Part shown: piece after piece, positions 27,301 to 42,300 of the stretch
Position numbering within the stretch: position 1 is the stretch's first letter
How the letters are laid out: each line of letters opens with the position of its first letter
Origin: Phoronis australis
Taxonomy: Eukaryota > Animalia > Phoronida
NCBI GenBank assembly: GCA_002633005.1
Contig: NMRA01000201.1
Coordinates: 9,722-73,721 of the forward strand
DNA length: 64,000 nt
Reading direction: 5' to 3'
Position numbers and translations under genes: made by a program
Notes under the pieces: model-generated
The model's input: the letters and a program-made list of their open reading frames with translations, nothing else
Database searches by the model: none
Told to the model about the DNA's origin: nothing

Positions 27301-30300
27301 GAGATTTTATCATAAGCCAAAAATAATCTGCATGAGCTTCATTCTCACCATAATTTAACCATACAAAACAAAAGTGATACTGTCTTGTCTTATCGCATGA
27401 TTCAGTTTTTTGACTTCACAAAATTTAATCAAAGCAGTCAACACTGTCTTACTGTTGTTTGAAACGGTGTGCCAATGTAATAGTCATATTACCGAAGCAG
27501 CTCTCAGTAGGGCGTCAAGTATGGGACAGCATTGTGTGACATTCCAACAAAAGGGCATCACCACCTGATGCATTTTAGTAATCTGCGGATTGCGAAAACA
27601 TTCTACATTGTCATTTAGTAGTCTGACCTGAAGTATGCACCCCTGCTACAAAGTTCCTATGCTTTCTTCCTATCAGTTACTTTAAAGACCTTATCTTAAG
27701 ATTAATCTGGTTCTGTTACCAAAAAATCTTGCCAAATATAACTTTTTTGGTTCACTTCTCTAAAATTGTTAGAAGCATCAGAGAATATATTCGCCAACTA
27801 TAGATTTTGTGTTAGTTATGATGTCTATATCAATTGCTTCCATATAACTTCTTTTAGTAAAGGTTAAAAATGTGTGCCACTAGAACATTCCTCCATCAAG
27901 ATTTTCAAAATGCATTCCAGGTTGAGAGGGTGCAAACTGTCTGGAAATTGTGTGCAAGGATGGAAAAGTTGACATTTTCAGAAGTCCTCTACATAGTCGG
28001 GATAGTGATCTGACATAATGTGTATGTTTTTGTAGAACTTTAAACTTGCTGATGATTACTGAAAATTTCTGCAAACACAACAGAATATCAGTTCAAATTT
28101 TCATTGAGCTTTTCCCAGATTTGTCAGAATGCCTAGGCCAACTTCGCTTATTCAGTTGTAGGAACTGCAGATTATTTCCTTAGAAATAACTGTTGAACCT
28201 CCACTTGAAATGGTGAACGAAGTGTCAGTTGCTACACTTCACTGGCCTGCCAGTAATGTTATCATTAATGAGAAACATCAGTGTTAATGAGTTCAAGGTG
28301 ATTTGGGATAATTTAATGAAATGGCTGTGTGGAAACAGTGCTTTATTGAACAATAGTTGTTTTGGTGCTCAATTGTCTGCAATTTACTAAGTGTATATCA
28401 TTTAGTTCAATTTGTAGTGTTCCACTTGAATGTTCAAGTTAAGGGTGTCAACCAACATACAATAAAGATAATGACACCCCTGGAGATCTCCTTATGAATG
28501 AGACAAGTAGTGTTTTACACTATCTTTGTGCCAAAGTACGTCATAACACAAGCGTTGTAATGATAGCCATGGGCATTCAGCTTGCAAACAATTTCCTGAC
28601 GAGGTTGTTCCTCAAATAGGCACATTTCTATTTTGATCTATAATAATATAACTCAGTCTTTTGTTCTTGTTAACATTGGGTATTAGTTGCAAGGCTGCTA
28701 CTGCTGTTTATAAATAACTTAATGTGGAAGGGAAGTGCTAAAGTCATAGGTCGCCTCGATCATCATGGTTTCAAACGAATAGCTAGATAAAAAATGACTT
28801 TGGCAGTGTTGATTTTGGGGTTTATTGAGAAGGTGTAGTGATGTTGTTTTCTTATTGGCATTGAGGTAGAAATTTGAAGTTGATTGTAATCTTCACCTAT
28901 GTGCAAGATTGAAGCAGATTTATCGATGAATTTCAAGGAACGCCACAAATTAAGGACAAGACATGAATAGAGCAATACGAGAAACACGCTTAATCTTGCG
29001 TAAACTGACTACCGTAACTCTGTGTGATGCAGTCTATGTTTTTAACCAAGGTGATTGGACTCATTGTTATGTGTGACGTGATAATTTTTTACCCCACTGC
29101 ATAAAGGAGCATTACTTAAGAGCACATCGGATTCAGGTGGTTGCCTGATTGTAGCTTCTAATAGATTTCCAACAGAAACCAGTCCTCAATAGAAAAGAAA
29201 TGATATAAAGTGCTCGTCAACTCTTTGTGTCAGCATTGAAACCTAGGACTATGTTCATAATACTCCCAGATTGAAACTCACTGCTGCGACAAGCTTTTTA
29301 TGGTGCAGAACTAACCAATTTTGACTATGATGTGCTGTGGTAATAGTCTGATAAGTGCCCTATGGATGCTTACTTTTGTGAGTGAATATACCAGAATCAG
29401 AATGGCTTTGTGATATATTGGGATGTGTATATTGATGTGATATCTTCCACCTTGTCACCAGTTTTAGATAAGTGCCGTCCACACACACTTACGCTAGAAC
29501 AAGTTACTCCAGGAACAAGATGTTGCTAGGTTTGAGTGCTGTGTGGACGATATATAAAAAAGTGCAACCTTCCCCACTAGTGACAACTTATTCCACATTA
29601 ACAAGGTGGTGTACCTTGTTCTAGGGTATCTTGCACCACTTGTAATCAATCTGTGGCTGCAAAAGTGGGGTACTACCAAGACGGAAATAATTATTAGCCG
29701 CGGTTACATTCAGACGGGTTTTTTTTGCGCTCCGTACTCGTCTTAGATGTCCATTGCCATGCACAGAATGACAACTTCTGCTTTACCCTAGTTATTGGAT
29801 ATGTTTGTGTGTGTGTGTGGACGCTCCACTCAAAAGTGGGGTAAGTTGCACTAGTACAAGTTAGTCTAGGGTAGACAGTGTGTGGACAGGACTACAGAGA
29901 TACATAGCTTTTTCCATCTCAAATAATTAGTGACCGTGTCTGAGTGGTGTTGAAAGACACCACCTAGACCGGATGGGGCTTTTACAGGGGTTGGAAACAA
30001 TTTGGTGGCAATGTCTACTAAGTTTTAGCTAAAATCCTCTTGGCCGCAGTATCAATGCAGAAGACACCAAACTCTTGGTATGATCACCAGGCAGGCTTTC
30101 CTCAGTCAGTGGTATGCACGGTGAAAATACTCCGTATACAAGGTGACCAAACTCTAGTCCCATGGACTTGATGGCCGCTGGTTTAGGGATTTGTCTTTAG
30201 AGGGTTTGGTGACTGCTGGTCCAGAACATGGGTTTGGTTAGAGGATTGGGACTGGAATTTAGAGGCGATGGAATTGTTTCTACCTTTACATGGATCCAAT

Positions 30301-33300
30301 CTCCCGCAGTCCGTGTTGTTCACCTCGACCCCGTCATTTTGCACCATGTAAGTCTCTGTTTAAGATTTTGCTTTGCCTGTCAGTTTGCTCTGTGTCAACA
30401 GTGAAGTGCAATATTGTCATGATAGGTGAGGAATTATGGCTAGACAACCTTGTTTTATGTCACTGTTTGTCTTGAAGACCCCAAATAACGGTCAAATGAC
30501 TTTTGAACATGTTAAATAATAATATGTATCATTGATCGACACAAACATATCATCCCTTCCTTTACTCCTGGCATTAGCTAATTACGCCAAACTTCAATTG
30601 TAACACATGTGAATGTGGTTGTTGGAGTATGTTTTGACCATCATTCTGATCACACAAGTAACATAAATTGCCAAAATGCGATGAATGGTTAGTTTTATTA
30701 TTAACTTACAGTTGTCTACATGATGGCAAGAATCTGGTCTTCTATTCAGACGCCTATTTAATACAACTAGTTTTGGCCTTTCATTCTTTTTTCTGTCTTC
30801 TCACAGTGAAGCAGAGGCATGAAAAGGCCACTTCAGTTATCATTTGACAACCGTAGGTTTCAGTCATTAAATCGTGTTGTCTTGATGTTGTTAAAGTTTT
30901 GGTAAAAATTCTCCATTTTGGGACAGTCTCCAACCTTGAGCAAAACAATAAAATTTAATTTTCTGTGTCCCAAATTGGAAATTTCTTACCACACAGGGAA
31001 TATCTAGGTAGCCAAAACACCTTAAACAAAAAGTCCGTTTAAGGAAGGCTTTAATTTGTCAGTTATTGTTCTGAAGTTGTCTTAGCTTTTCTTCTTCAAC
31101 CCAAATGTTCTCACCAGTTCTTTGTTTACAGTTGACTTGAGGTTAGTCAAGGAGATACGAGCGGGGAAGAACTCGAAGGAATTTGAAAAATGGTCGGATG
31201 AAGCGCGCAAGATAGATTCGTCAGTTTGCTTCGTCATACTCTATGGGAGTGACTTCAGGTTGAAAACTCTGTCACTAGTAGGTCAGTGCTCCGTTATCTA
31301 ATTATCTCTTTAAGTCCTTTATTGATAAAAAAGTTGAAATTAATGACAATTTGATGTTTTGCTCATATTTTCCTGCGGGCATTGTTAGGACTTACTACAT
31401 TTCCACTTAGTCAACATATTAAATGGTTTGTGGGTAGTGACCTATAAAACACTGACTCCGCAGGTGAAACAACTTTAGGCAATAATTGTTGTAATTACTA
31501 TTGAGACTACATGGAAAAAATCAATTCAATTTGTAAACTTCAGAGCGCGTAGGTTTAAGTAGAGAATAAACTTTTGAATATCTTAGCATCATTGACTAAT
31601 TGTTGGAAATGTTATCCCTATCCATATTTGTGGCTAATATGTTTTACCCTAAGGTGCAAAAACCCCCAAGTGCAAAATGGTAAATTTACTAACACAAGGC
31701 GACCTCTTCCTGTAGGATGTCTACAAATATTTTGAAAATGTGATGCGACAAAAGTTTGGTTTAAAATAATGAAGGTGTGATTTTCAATGCAAAATGTATT
31801 CGTGGCGAATTTTCCACTTGCACGAGCGTACACACCTGCGAAATTTCATATTCCCACCAATTGGTTTCACCAAATTTGCAGGTATGTCCCCACTTAAGCC
31901 TAGACGTAAATTTTAGAAGTGGTCCACAATGGACCGTTTTCGCGCAGCACCCTTCCGCTGGCTAAATGAAAGTTTCAAATAGTTTCATTGATAGCCAAGT
32001 ATAAGCATTAGCGTATGATCAATGCATGAAAGTGGTCCTTTAATCTTGGTCCCAAAGATAGTTTGCCCACTATGGTTCGTTTTGTTCACTAATAGCAGAA
32101 TGCACTCTTGTCGTTAGTCTGTACAGAAACTGACCATATTTGTCAAAATTTATTTGTTGCACACAGCCTCCACGCGGCAAGAATATGGCTACATGATCTC
32201 AGGGCTGCAACACCTCGTTAAAGAGACGCAGTGTTCCTCCTACATGCTGCACGTGGAAAGGTGAGTGCCATTTCTCTCCTGATTAAGGTAAAAATTCTTC
32301 AATTTCAGACGAAAATGATTGCTGAGGTTTCCATTTTTCTATTCTTCAGACGTTTACTATATCATTGTAAACACTCACAAGTTACCAAATGTTGTTTGCT
32401 GTACCTTACAAAACATGTTAAAAGCAATGTAAAAAAAGTTGCTTTCTTTGAGAAATTTAATAACTTTACATGTCCGCCGTGTCATGTCTGAAGAATTTTT
32501 ACCGTTAGTACAACAGTTGACGGTATTGAAATACTCTCCCATATGGTAACCTTGACAATGCATAATTACTTTGTATAACTGGCTGTTACAATATAGTCAG
32601 AGACTAAACAGCTAAACAAATATCAATTAAGCAAATAAACACTTCTCGTTAGTTGCTTATCGGCTTGTTACAATCATATAACGAATGGCATTGAATGCCC
32701 GTGACATTCTCTGCGCAGTTCCTTGCCGGATTTATTAATTTTGTCAAATAGGTTTTTACTAAGCAGACAAAGACACTTTCTTGTTTTCAGATGAATTTGA
32801 CATAGTGACTCCTAGTAGCCATTTTTATTATTTGCAAGTCTGTTTTTTGGTGTCCATCTGTTTATTGGCCAAACCATTCTAGGAGTCGGTATGACCATGG
32901 CTGACGGTTTTCAAAAGTTTTGACTACTGTGGCGTTAACTAATGGCAGTTTTGCTTTTTCGCAGCTGTTTCACCTAAGCCCCTGCAAGGTCTTTCTGACA
33001 TTACGCAAGTCTATTTCTATGAAACTGACATTGTATGATGACAACTTTTGGATGTGTCTGACTATCACTGTACCCCCCTAGTGGCTTTTTTGTGTCTACT
33101 AATGAAAGAGTGATTCAGTCAGCTCTGGGGCTTTATTATTGCTGTGACAATTACTCTGATGAGTGTTATTTCTGTCACTCTAATTGCCATTTGGTATTGC
33201 AAAAGTATTAAGAGAATGTTGAATAATGCCATGTCTATGTTTTTTATTTTTGATTTTCGACATGGGAATAACCTTTCGTAGATCAACTGTCAGCCTAGTG

Positions 33301-36300
33301 AAAACCAATTTGAATTGTTGTGTTACTTTTAGATTATTGGGTTTCACTGAGTTTTGCATAATTCAGTGATTTACAGAGGCCCCACGTGTATCTCTTCAGG
33401 CACGTTACACTCTGTTTATCAGAAAGTAATTGCGGTCATAAAAGACCATTTCATACTGACTTAACTCCGGTCTCCACGTAACTTGCGAAGTTAATTAAAT
33501 CGTTCATACCATCTTCGATAGTGAACGGACATCAAAGTTAACAGTAGGTGACGCTGATGTCATTCAAGAAATCGCAAGGTGGCGTTGATGCGTCACGTCC
33601 GTGCTAACATTTTTTAATGTGACAATTTGAGAACATTTCCACGTGCTAATTGACATAAAATGTATTTCTAATTTCATTCATTATTATTCAAGTAAAATAT
33701 TAGCAACTGTTAGCGACAACACTGCCCTTTAGTTGTTGACGATAATAGTTGCGCCTGGTGATAACTTTAATGGGACTGAAGTTGACCGTTCATACCGCAC
33801 TGCAGCATCAACATTCCGCCGTTAGATCCAACTGTTTACTGCGAAGTTAACTGGCATTGTAAACACATCAATCCAGAACCAAAGTTAACCGTTCATACTG
33901 ACCACAGCTCCTCATATCATTGCCACGTCGACGTTAGTATGAAAGGGCCTAAAGTATCTCACACTCTCTAGTAATTGGCTTACTGAGAATTACCATCTAT
34001 AAACAATTGTTGGTCCTCAGCAATTTTCAGTATTTTCAGCATGAGAAGTTAAGTTCATGTACGACCCTAGAAAATGTACAAATTTGGTTAACTTTGGAAT
34101 ATCATATCTGAGAAATGTCTGATCGAATTCCTATGAAGGTTTTTATATATTTGACTTAATACACAGACTAGTCACTGAAGTCCTACATAACCTTGAAGGC
34201 ATTAGAGTGCACCATCTACCTGGAATTTGAGGAGGGTTAATGCTGTAGTACTGTTTACTCAGCTTGTGAACATGTTGTTAAAGAAAAAATGTTAGGCCTG
34301 GAACATAAGCCGTGGTTTGTTTCACTAGGAACTCTGTTGCAACCTGTCAAGAGTGTTTGGGGTGGCTACCTTTGTGTCGGTTTCTGCAATTTTTTGGTAT
34401 GATACGGGTATTTTATTTTAAAAATTGGATATTGGTATAGGTTGCTTTAAACTGATGTGAACTTTCTCTCGACTTTGGGGCATCTTTGTCCAACGCAGGT
34501 TCACGAGTAGGACAAAAATGCCTTGCCAAGACTCAATGCCAGTGTTTTGTGGAATATAGTTGAAAATGCACACAAATGCTGTTGGTTCTCATATCACTTG
34601 AGAGTTTGAATAGTATTGAGAACTAGCGAGGAAATGGAAAAAATTAAGCTTGTGTAAACTCACTGAGAATTTGACAAGACAAATGAAACCACTTGATACC
34701 ATAATAAATTGCAATGTAAATACTTGACTTAATTACCACACAATATGGCCGACAGGAGAAATTCTGTTTTGTCGATTTTTTTCACAAATAAACAAAGATC
34801 AAGAAAATTTCAGATGTCATAACATGACATTTGGTGAAGGTTCCATCATAATTTGTAGAAAAGTAATCATCTTTTGAAGAATGAAAATTTTAGGAATTTA
34901 ATTGTTTTTGTGCAAAATAAGTGGAAAATTACAGTAGCTTTCATACATTTTTGAAAGTACATGATATAAGACCAGCTTTCACTGATAAAGTTATCTTAAT
35001 CCTTTCAATTTAACTTGTTCTCAGAAGTAAAATGGGTCGAGTGGATGTGAAAGTTATTGATCGGCTGCATGAAGAAATACTGGATGTGATCTCGCATGGG
35101 AAACATATTTTTGTGCCACTATCTTAATTTCATTCGTGTTCTGTAGTAACCATTAGTTACCTGTTTGTTTTGCTACATTTACGTTTCAACATTTCTTCTC
35201 AAACTACATCATTATCTGTGTTTTCAGTTTTGATTTTCTTGTGAACAATCATTTAATTTTACTATCATGTCTAAAACCAAGGTTTAGCATCAAAAGCTAC
35301 CCCACCATTGAATCAACTGTGAGCTCATAACAATTGAAAGCAGTCCGATGATATGTTGAATGGCTGTTGTAGAGGATTTATTACGTTATGTAGTACAGAG
35401 TACAGCCAATCAGAGCATATAGTAGCAATTCTCCAGTTACTGAAATTTGGGACACTTAAATTTAAGATGAAATTGATGTTATTTGATTCTGAAGATTGGG
35501 TGATTTTGGTGTCCATCATGTTTCTCAAATATCTGACTCTGATTTGTATGAAGAGTGTGAAATTGTTTCTGACTGGTGATGTGTTTCAAAGCGTAACCGC
35601 AAACCTTTAATTGCGCAGGCAGTATCCTACTACACTAACATTTAATTTAAAAATTTTAGACATCGGTTATTTTACCGTCTTTCTTGTTATTCTTGAATGT
35701 GAAATGGCCAGTATTGCCCATGACTAAAATAAGTCAAAAGCTCAAACTTTGAGCAAAATAATTCATTTTTCACTGTCCCAAACTGTAGAGTTTTTACCGT
35801 AATAATCTTCCATTGTTTTGACCATGAGAAGACGTTCTCGGTGTCCCATTGTTTTAGTTGGACTAAAAATGAGTTGCGATGAAAGTTTTCAGTCATCCAG
35901 TTGAGTCATAGTACAAGAATCAATAAATCTATTACTGGACTTACGGTACGTGGAAATGGCTACGTTGCGTCCTCCTCAGGACTTCATCAGGCCACTGAGT
36001 TGTCACGTGAATTGTCATGTCATCTGTCGTACAGTTTCCGCGGGATTCTCTTCCACGTACCGTAAGTCCAGTAATAGATTTATTGATTCTTATAAAAATG
36101 AGTTGCGTTTGTGAGGGCTGCAATAGCACACCGGTGCCATTTTCCTGAATTTTGTCAAACGTGCTGATATGACGTGATTGAGTTCATGAAATTCGTGTGC
36201 AATTTGCTGACATGAACTTATTGAGGGCCTAGTTTTGGTGGCGAACACACAAAAAGTTCATTTGACAAGGTCAGGACTGCTGTTCATGTGAAATGAAATT

Positions 36301-39300
36301 GAAAATGGGTATTCTCCAATTTTCTCAGGTTGGGAAAATGCATTTCACGTCATGAAATGCAGCATTTATAAAGGAATGTTTAAAGATGCTGGCAACATGT
36401 CTACTGTAACTCTTCACCATTCAGTCGTCAATATTTCGTATAAGTGAAATTTCACGTTGTCAAGTTCTCAGCAAAAATAGATTTTAAGACAGGTTAACTC
36501 TCAGGTTATCTTGTGATACAACAGGTTGAGTTTGTGAGTTTGATTCTGTGTTGGGGCTAATCTCAGAAAACCACTTTTGTCACCCATGCTGTCACATTAA
36601 TTAGTATATTTCACATTTACGTTTTGAAGCAGCATTACTGCAGACAAGTGAAATTTTATGTTGTCAAATTCCTCATCGAAAATAAACATCAAGAAAGCTT
36701 AAGTCATATTATCGGTGGTGACGGAAGGCTACTCTGTTTAGCCGACTTGACGGCAAATTACGAGTCATTTTGTTTGAATACTTTTGGTTCGTACTGTAAC
36801 GCTGTGTTGTTCTTCTTTTAGATGGCTGAGGAAGGAGTTCTACAGCATGGAGAATCCAAAGACAAACACGTACGTACTATCATGTCGATGTCTTAACATT
36901 TATTGTGATATTAGGGGAGGCTTTTAGTCTAATCACGTCTGTGTATTCAGGGGAACAGTTCGTCTAAGAAAATGCAAATGTTACTGAATTGCATAATTAT
37001 CCTGTTTCTAGTGTTTGCTTACTTCTTCTGGATAAGAAATTATATTTATTTAGTAATCTCATGTACAGTTCCTGGAAACGTATCTGAACATATGCATATT
37101 GGTTGGGGGGAGGCAATGGCCACCCAGATTTAGGGAAAATTTGCACAAAATAAGAAGAAAATCAGGCAGTGGGACATACCAATAGTGGGCATTTACGACG
37201 ACAGGAGGATGAACTCGACAGTGACAGAGGAGAAGCAGTTGACGAGTTTGCAACCAAGGGTGGAATTAGTATGATGGTATGATGACTAGAGATGAAACTG
37301 GTGCCGACGGGAGGTCAATTAGCCACACATACTTTGTTCACTAGCGAGTCAGACCTTGTGTTTGCTCAGTGGAAGTGAATGCAAAACCAAGCCCTTTGCT
37401 GGTCTGTCCATGGATGGTGGATCTGTACCAGGAGAACAACAATAAGCAAGAAAAAATGCATCACCAAGATGACTAGAAATTTAATCGTACTAAGCGACGT
37501 AACATCAAAAAAGGTATCTCCCTCTGACAATACCTTGGTGGATATACAAATATTGATTCGCTCATTGTAGGGTTTCATTAAGGGACCTCAAGTCATGGTT
37601 GCCAAGGGTCAACTACAAAATACCCACCAGCAAACTGAGAGAAAGTTACCAGGTAAGGGCAGTGTAATAACACAGTTCACCAAAAGAGGGAGCAATAAAG
37701 GCCAAACTGTCAATCTCATGGTGTGTTTTCATTTGCAGAGGCTTGTTTGCAGCTTGATGTTCATTGGTAGCCATTTAGTTAAGATTAAGGTAAAAAAATC
37801 AAATTTAGGACAGTCTCTAAAAATTAGGACTCAAGCAGCAATTGAATTTTCTTGATTCTGAACTCCCATTTTGTTTGTCCACTCAGTCAATGATTGCATT
37901 GTCCTCCTCTGACCTTTTTCACTGTGTTTAACTCTAACCTTTGCCATGGTCTTTCAACTCTGTTTTATAACAAAATGTACTAGTCTGACCTAAAAATGTA
38001 ATTCAACTTTAATAATGATAACTTAATCCTGACCTTACTTAGACATGGGGTTCAACTTCGACCTATATCATGTTGTTCATGAGAAGCTATTACACATTAA
38101 CAGATATCTGTCCCATTAGGCCCTGTATGCTAGAAGCTTTGCAGCAAATTTTGCTTTGTTCTGGCTAGCACACCATAGTCATGTAAGTATAAGTGGAGAG
38201 AGACAAATTCTGGAGGCCGTTGTTGTCAAACAAGTAGTCCAGCAATTGCTATTTCTTTCCAAAAGGTTTCTTAATTCCTAACAAAATCGATGGGCTTATG
38301 TGCTAAAAATGACGATCAATCTATATTTTCCGGACGTAATTCATACTCTTCGATTTAAGAGTGTTCAAGCTCACCTCAGGCGTCAGCTTGTACAATTACT
38401 GTTCCTAAATTGATGACTGTAAGAAAAATAAGCAAAGTCAATAAGGCTGGGCTCAAAGCTCATTTGCCATACGCAACATGATAGTCTTGTACTTCATCTC
38501 ACTCAAGGGAGATCAGGACAAAAGAGGTTGATAATGAACTGCTATTGCGTTGAAATGGAAACATACAGAGGTTTATGGGAAGGTCAACTATTGACCAGGC
38601 CCGCCAGATGGAGGCAGCACAGGTCTTGCTGTTCGCAGTTCACATCGTTCATTTCAAAATAGGAACTGAAATTTTGAGGTGTTTTTTAAATTTGTTGTCA
38701 GTCTGTACACTGTGCAAAGCTTTTTGTCCGTTGTGTTTCACTGATGATTTTCTTTAATTGGACGATTTTCCCATTTTCAGGTGGTTGAGCCCCAGACCAG
38801 AGAGATAGGCTTTGAATCATTTTCTATGTTATACAACAATCTAGTTTACGTACCCCAGGTAATTAGCCATTTTCCATTGATTGCCGTAAGCTCCCATTTT
38901 CAAACAAAGCATCTTGCAGGTAATTTTTACTTTAAGTGTTTTATTAAAGTGGCCTTTTCAGTGATAATTCCACATCAAGTTTTCAAGAGGGCCCTCACAA
39001 ATACGACAGGAAATACAATAAGTATTATAAAACAAGACTAACACAAAATTTACATTTAGCTGTAGAAACGTATGTATAGTACAAACCAAAAGTATTCAGA
39101 AAAAATGACCTTGAATTCCCGGTCTTGACAGCTGGGCGGAGGAGTAGTCTTCCATCTTTACCAAGAATGACAGGAAAGATAGTAAGGTAGCTTGATCATT
39201 CAGTAATTAGAATTTTGCTGGCCTAATAGTTATTACCAGTCCTGTTTGCTGTTAATAGAACTAACCATCATGACAGGGAAATGGTATTTTGTCTGATTAC

Positions 39301-42300
39301 TTTGGCCTGGTACTGTATGAAGTGCACTGAGCTGCGTATTTGCACTTACAGATAATTGGAATATTCGAGTAACTAGTGTTTTTGTTAGCCTGGTCTGTTC
39401 GACGTAGTTCTGCAGTGCCCATCTGCAAATCAATGGTCACATACCGTAAGTTTGGTGGTTGAAGCGTACCTTGGCTCAGTAAGTGAATGGACCGCTGCAC
39501 CTTTTCATTTCCAGGTGTATAGCGAACACTTTGCGCCATGTTTCGAGGCCAGTGAGACGATCACAGCACTTCATTTCCAGCAGTTCTTAGCCAAAGAGCA
39601 AAATGACCCCATAGCCAATGATCTTCAAGCAGTCAAGGACGTTATGAATAAGTTCCTCGATGACCCCTTTCGAAAGGCTGCTGGCTCTCACTTTACCCAC
39701 CAAGAGGTAATAACTGATACATGTCATCCAACGTAATTTTATGTTGAAGCAATTAGTAAAGATAAGTAAAGACTCGGCAAAGACTAAGGTAATTGGCAAC
39801 TTTCATCAAGTTCTTTGACATTTCATAAAATAACTTTTCAACTTTTCACTTTTAACCAATAAAAGTAAAGAATTCCTCAATACTTGAAAATTGTATTTCA
39901 GACCTTGAAAAGTTGCACAATCGGTTATATTCACGCGACCACCATTTTTTTAATTGTTTTTTGTTTTAACATGGATTGCTAAAAATCTCAACTGCATGCG
40001 ACGTTTTGTATGAACTATATTTATAATTATGCTAGGTATTGTTGCTCAGATTTTTTTATTTACCCTCAAACAACAAGATATCAGCCATCAAAGTCACTAT
40101 CTAAAAACCTGTTCATCAGAACAGAAATACAGTGCTTGAGAAAAGAAATATAGCGGGAATGCAAAGATTTGTGAGTTATCACTGAGAAAAATAACAAAAG
40201 TTTCTGGCAATGCCCACATGGTCCATGAGGGAGTAGATTGCCTGCCATCATTAAATGGTGGTGAAAACTGACACTGCTTTTTGTGAAGTACTTGGTGTAC
40301 ACATGACTCTGAAAAATGACTGGGCTTGCACAGTTTAGCTGTTTTACCATATTTTGGCTCCTAGTAATACATTTACCTCGTTTTAGCTCATGTATGCTGT
40401 TTTCCTTTATGTCGATAACCACAACCGTTAATTATGTACTATGTTATAAATTTCAGTTTATGTCGTTTATGTTTTCACCCCAAAACTCTGTGTGGGATCC
40501 TCAGTTCGATCAGGTGACTCAAGACATGAATCGACCTTTGACCCACTACTGGATTGCCTCATCACACAACACGTATGTGTTAGATTTATCTATGTGCGTA
40601 TGTGGTGTCTGTAAGACAGTCTGTAAGACAGTCTGTAAGACAGTCTGTAAGACAGTCTGTAAGACAGTCTGTAAGACAGTCTGTAAGACAGTCTGTAAGA
40701 CAGTCTGTAAGACAGTCCCTACTGAAGATTTTTACACGTCCACTGTCTGATACTTCTCTTGTCTGATTGGCAGAAACGTAGTGTAATAAGTTCCCATATA
40801 GTGTTATGTTGACCAACTGGCTCTAACACCAGATGTCGCTATTCACGAGCTGGCTAATCAATTCCTGTAGAACCCCTAAACTGTACCCACAAAGAGAGAA
40901 GACGATGTCGGTGTATCAAAGTGCGTGAGACCAAGCTAAACTAATATTAGATGGAAAAATCGGGGAGTCAGTGAGCATTTTGTACAATACAGACCCATCC
41001 TGTGGGAAAATCTGATCATGTCCACCGCGAGAGAGCAATTAAGTGATTTACAGCACTTCATAAATCTGTCCTTTACTATTAGTATTGTTTTTTGATTTTA
41101 TTTGGGCCCAAAAAGTCAAAATGATATCTTACTAAACATGGCTTCTCTTGTAACAGTACTTGGTGTATTGTTTGTCCCTCTATTGCCTCCTTCCTTGATA
41201 TCTCGACACTATACAAATGAAAATGGACCTATCCTGAAGGTGACATTAACATTTGTTTTCCTGTAGGTGTCAAAATAAGCCAAGCTCACTATTCGGTGTG
41301 TAATAGACACAGTTGTGACTAATTCTACAACTTTGAGTGTGTACTTTGTTCCGTAGGTATCTGATGGGTGACCAGTTTCAGAGCGAGTCATCTGCCGAGG
41401 CCTATGTCAGGGCACTACGAATGGGCTGTCGGTGTATCGAGCGTGAGTATTGGTCCATCTCTACGAGCCATGAATATGTGGGTGGCAAAGCTGAAGCGAG
41501 TTATTCGCAGCCATTAGATCAATACAAGTTATGGGACCCCAGAAAAATGCCCAAATTCATCTAACTTCGGAACATCTTATCTCAGAAATGGCTGATCACA
41601 TTCATATGAAACTTTCAGATACTGTCTCTCAAAATGTTGTTGAGATTTTTTTTAATATGCCACTTATGCATGAGGAGCTAACAAATAATTAAATACAAAG
41701 TTGCATAAAAAGGAAAATGAAATGATAAGTGTAGAAAACTGTAACAGTGTTTTTGAAATCTCATCTTGTCATTCAAAATAGATGTTATTGGTATCATAGT
41801 TTTGCTATGAATGTACTTTGTTTTTTGCTTAATTTCTAAAAAGACATGCTCACGTGACATGATTAATGTCAAAAATCATTTTCTACAAGCTTACTGTTTT
41901 CAGATAATGTATAATTTTGCGGAGTTAGCATCTATAGTTTTGTTGATATTTGGTAAATGCATACACTAGTCAATAATGTCCATTCGTAAATCCACTTTGA
42001 CTAAGCTGATGGGCAGTAGTTGTGGGGTGTGTTCTGTAAAGCAAGTTGTGAGATGAGCGGTATCGCGTAAGCTCACACCAAATAAAAGTTGCCATGTGTT
42101 TCACTTGTAAGCTTAAGATTTTTTTAATGTAACCAAAACGGCTGCCACTTGATCTAACCGTTTACTCATATCTATGATACACTGAATGACAGTCTGCTTG
42201 ACATATTACTACAGATTGTATGACATTTTGTGTACGTCTGCTGGCGGTCCTGCTAAGTATAATATCCCACAATCCTCTGTGTATATGACGTCTCTCGCTA

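Noticed and set aside
12394-31131. Nested protein-coding gene in the 18.7-kb intron
   Set aside because: No coherent exon chain found on either strand; content is explained by transposons, a LINE remnant and short chance ORFs.
40316-40816. CKTV/TDCL repeat ORFs resembling a Cys-rich protein
   Set aside because: Read-through of exon 8 into a 12-bp intronic minisatellite; the donor at 40573 precedes it.
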